A DNA stretch of 7,848 bases from positions 1-7,848 of the forward strand of contig NW_021828545.1 of NCBI RefSeq assembly GCF_006345805.1, written 5' to 3'. Positions within the stretch are counted from its first letter, which is position 1; the number at the start of each line of letters is the position of its first letter. Position numbers and translations under genes: made by a program. The notes beneath the pieces were generated by a model. That model was not told where the DNA came from and did not search any database. It saw only the letters and a list, made by a program, of their open reading frames with translations. Shown piece by piece: positions 7,789 to 7,848 of this stretch. The stretch comes from Octopus sinensis (lineage: Eukaryota).

Positions 7789-7848
7789 TGTTATTTTCCG
7801 TGTTAATTGTTAACAAGGTAAAATACCACTCATCTATTTATATATATA

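Noticed and set aside
1-7848. Prokaryotic systems (CRISPR array, operons, defence loci)
   Set aside because: There are no regularly spaced repeats and no dense coding. Composition and repeats indicate animal nuclear DNA.

Overview
This is AT-rich, microsatellite-dense animal genomic DNA, most likely octopus or another cephalopod judging from the tRNA-derived SINEs. It has no intact gene, and most ORFs in the supplied track are microsatellite artefacts. From left to right it holds: (TG)n/(GA)n tracts (about 60-1140), a decayed R4/Dong-like non-LTR retrotransposon fragment (about 1211-2130, +), a 615-bp hAT-type MITE (2137-2751) and an internally deleted Tc1 transposon (2759-3436). The main result lies next, on the minus strand: a heavily decayed endogenous viral element resembling the L (RNA-dependent RNA polymerase) gene of a non-segmented negative-strand RNA virus (Mononegavirales-like). 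Hand translation shows motif F-, A-, B-, C- and D-like segments and a DPVT block in the expected order and roughly the expected spacing (3435 to about 4930). Possible further N-terminal pieces lie at about 6155-6620 and 7060-7230, separated by younger SINEs and microsatellites. The right part also has three or four SINE pieces (two form a fold-back pair) and a truncated Penelope-type hammerhead ribozyme motif (7716-7788, -). All protein similarities come from manual translation and recalled consensus motifs and need confirmation by database search.
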